From positions 15,562,001 to 15,626,000 of the forward strand of contig JANJGN010000033.1 of NCBI GenBank assembly GCA_026770705.1: a stretch of DNA of 64,000 nt, read 5' to 3'. Below, piece by piece: positions 61,692 to 64,000 of this stretch. Every line of letters begins with the position of its first letter. The stretch's first letter is position 1. A program made the translations under genes and the position numbers. The notes beneath the pieces were generated by a model that was not told where the DNA came from, ran no database searches, and was given only the letters and a program-made list of their open reading frames with translations. This DNA comes from Isurus oxyrinchus (lineage: Eukaryota).

Positions 61692-62700
61692 GAGTGAGGG
61701 GGAGAGGGGGCAGGATGATGTACCTGGACAGGTGAGTGAGGGGAGAGGGGGCAGGATGATGTACCTGGACAGGTGAGTGAGGGGGAGAGGGGGCAGGATG
61801 ATGTACCTGGACAGGTGAATGAGGGGGAGAGGGGGCAGGATGATGTACCTGGACAGGTGAGTGAGGGGGAGGGGTGCAGGGTGATGTACCTGGACAGGTG
61901 AGTGAGGGTGTGAGGGGGCAGGATGATGTACCTGGACAGGTGAGTGAGGGGGAGAGGGGGCAGGATGATGTACCTGGACAGGTGAGTGAGGGGGAGAGGG
62001 GGCAGGATGATGTACCTGGACAGCTGAGTGAGGGGAGGGCGCAGGATGATGTACCTGGACAGGTGAGTGAGGGGGAGAGGGAGCAGGATGATGTACCTGG
62101 ACAGGTGAGTGAGGGGGCAGGATGATGTACCTGGACAGGTGAGTGAGGGGGAGAAGGGGCAGGATGATGTACCTGGACAGGTGAGTGAAGGGGAGGGAGG
62201 ACAAGATGATGTACCTGGACAGGTGAGTGAGGGGGAGAGGGAGCAGGATGATGTACCTGGACAGGTGAATGTGGGGGAGAGGGGACAGGATGATGTACCT
62301 GGACAGGTGAGTGAGGGGGAGAGGAGGCAGGATGATGTACCTGGACAGGTGAATGTGAGAGAGAGGGGGCAGGATGATGTACGTGGACAGGTGAGTGAGG
62401 GGGAGAGGGGGCACAATGATGTACCTGGACAGGTGAGTGAGGGGGAGAGGGGGCAGGATGATGTACCTGGACAGGTGAGTGAGGGGGAGAGGGGGCAGGA
62501 TGATGTACCTGGACAGGTGAGTGAGGGGGTGAGGGGGCAGGATGATGTACCTGGACAGGTGAGTGAGGGGGAGAGGGGGCAGGATGATGTACCTGGACAG
62601 GTGAGTGAGGGGGAGAGGGGGCAGGATGATGTACCTGGACAGGTGAGTGAGGGGGAGAGGGGGCAGGATGATGTACCTGGACAGGTGAGTGAGGGAGAGA
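61692..62700 (+). repeat. 42-bp minisatellite, ~24 copies
   Basis: gggggcaggatgatgtacctggacaggtgagtgagggggaga. Confidence 0.95.
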
Positions 62701-64000
62701 GGGATTACTTTACATTCTGCATTTTCTTACAAACAAACATATTCCAATAATAGGAGTAGAAGTACGAAATCTGTGTTATAGATTAAAGAGTTTCTAAAGA
62801 AAACGGACAAGTTTCTTGCCATAAAATGTGTTTTTTTTTATTTTGCAAGTGAAGCACAACCATTTTGCCCACCATTGACCAGCTACAAACTGGAGTTTAC
62901 ATCAATCACAAAACAAAATATTATCATTTAACTTAACCCAACCCAATAGACTCTCTAACCCCCTTTCAACACCCTACCCCCTCTCCCCCATAAGCTTTTC
63001 ACTGAGTCCAACTCTTTCCCGTAGGGTCGAGCACAACATCGAACTAAACTCGACTCATCCTTTGGAGTTTCCAATCAACCCAAGATGCTGCAACATTTCA
63101 AACCAAAAGCCAGTTCATGGTGACAAATGGAGGTCACTGCTTTCGAGGGAAGGAGGTTTCCACATTGTAAATGAAATGCTGACGAATGCTTTCGGTGTCA
63201 GCTTAGCTTCTAAACTGCAGAGGTTGTATTTTCAAATCGCCCAAAGTAAGAGCAAGGGATTGCAATGGGTTTACAGCCGAGTTGTTAGTGAACACAAGCT
63301 GCTTTACCCTAGAAGTTGGATTGTGTTGGCCTGCCAGGGTTAAGCGTTTGTAGAAAGCAGCCCTGTATTGTCACAGGCAGGCCCAGTGTGCACTCCATAC
63401 CGGCTCTGGGGCCTAATCTCCATCAGAGAAGTGAGTTCCAAGTGGCTGCTGATCGACCCTGGGAGGCTTCACCAGCACCGAGGATGTGGAGCTTGAACAA
63501 TTGAATGGATATCTCTCAGCTAGAATCTGGAGAGATGAGGAGGTAGAGGGAGGGATGGATGGAGTGAGAGGGAGAGCTTGTGTAAACATCAGGACCCAGA
63601 GGGTGATCAGAGAAAGGACCGAGGAAGTGATGGAAGCCACCGACATGTGAGAGGCGGGTGTATAGGACAGCGGGGAGGGAGGAGGGTGTGTGGGGGTGAC
63701 CTGGAAGGTCTTCTATCTGAGGAGTGATGTGTTGAGGAGGGAGGCTCAATCCTCAAGGGAAGGGTGGTGGGAAACAATGGGGATAAAACCCGGCTGAAAG
63801 CAGCACCGACCTTTGAAACTTCAGCGGGGTTTGGAGGAGCAGCTCCTGTTCCTCTGGCTCCATGGAGACAAACTTTTTAAATCGCTTGGTGGCAGCGTCT
63901 TTCGGCTCCTGAACATGAAAGTTAGTTCGATCACACAGAAGAGGAGCTTCTAGCAACAGAGGCTTTCATAGCTGCTCAGTTTATCCTGGGGATCTGATAA

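Noticed and set aside
61640-62416. 243-258 aa minus-strand repeat ORFs
   Set aside because: Stop-free frames of a 42-bp tandem unit; no independent coding evidence
62880-64000. Possible degenerate LINE (L1/Tx1-like) coding remnant on the minus strand
   Set aside because: Only vague peptide resemblance and no RT or endonuclease motif that I can identify; needs a Dfam or tBLASTx search

Overview
Eukaryotic, vertebrate-type DNA with no supportable protein-coding gene. The repeat content (CR1/HER1-like LINE pieces, Deu-domain SINE-like relics, Penelope-like short elements) suggests a cartilaginous fish, but that is inference. Positions 1-~47390 are a tandem array of ~1.40-1.56 kb units, each carrying two tRNA-Gln genes ~376 bp apart (slot 1 mostly CTG, slot 2 mostly TTG). 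I count 33 slot-1 and 31 slot-2 copies, roughly a quarter structurally intact and the rest variant or degenerate. One copy (17962-18033) has a CTA anticodon in a fully pairable cloverleaf and is a candidate amber suppressor. Twelve units carry a 134-bp TSD-flanked insertion that begins with a minimal hammerhead-like fold; dispersed relatives lie at 51247 and 60880. A 2.9-kb block (8597-~11479) is inverted and ends in a fold-back palindrome. The remaining 16.6 kb is repeat-rich flank with three N gaps, minisatellites (69, 31, 140 and 42 bp), microsatellites and an inverted repeat pair carrying CTCF-like motifs. All coordinates and counts were read by eye.
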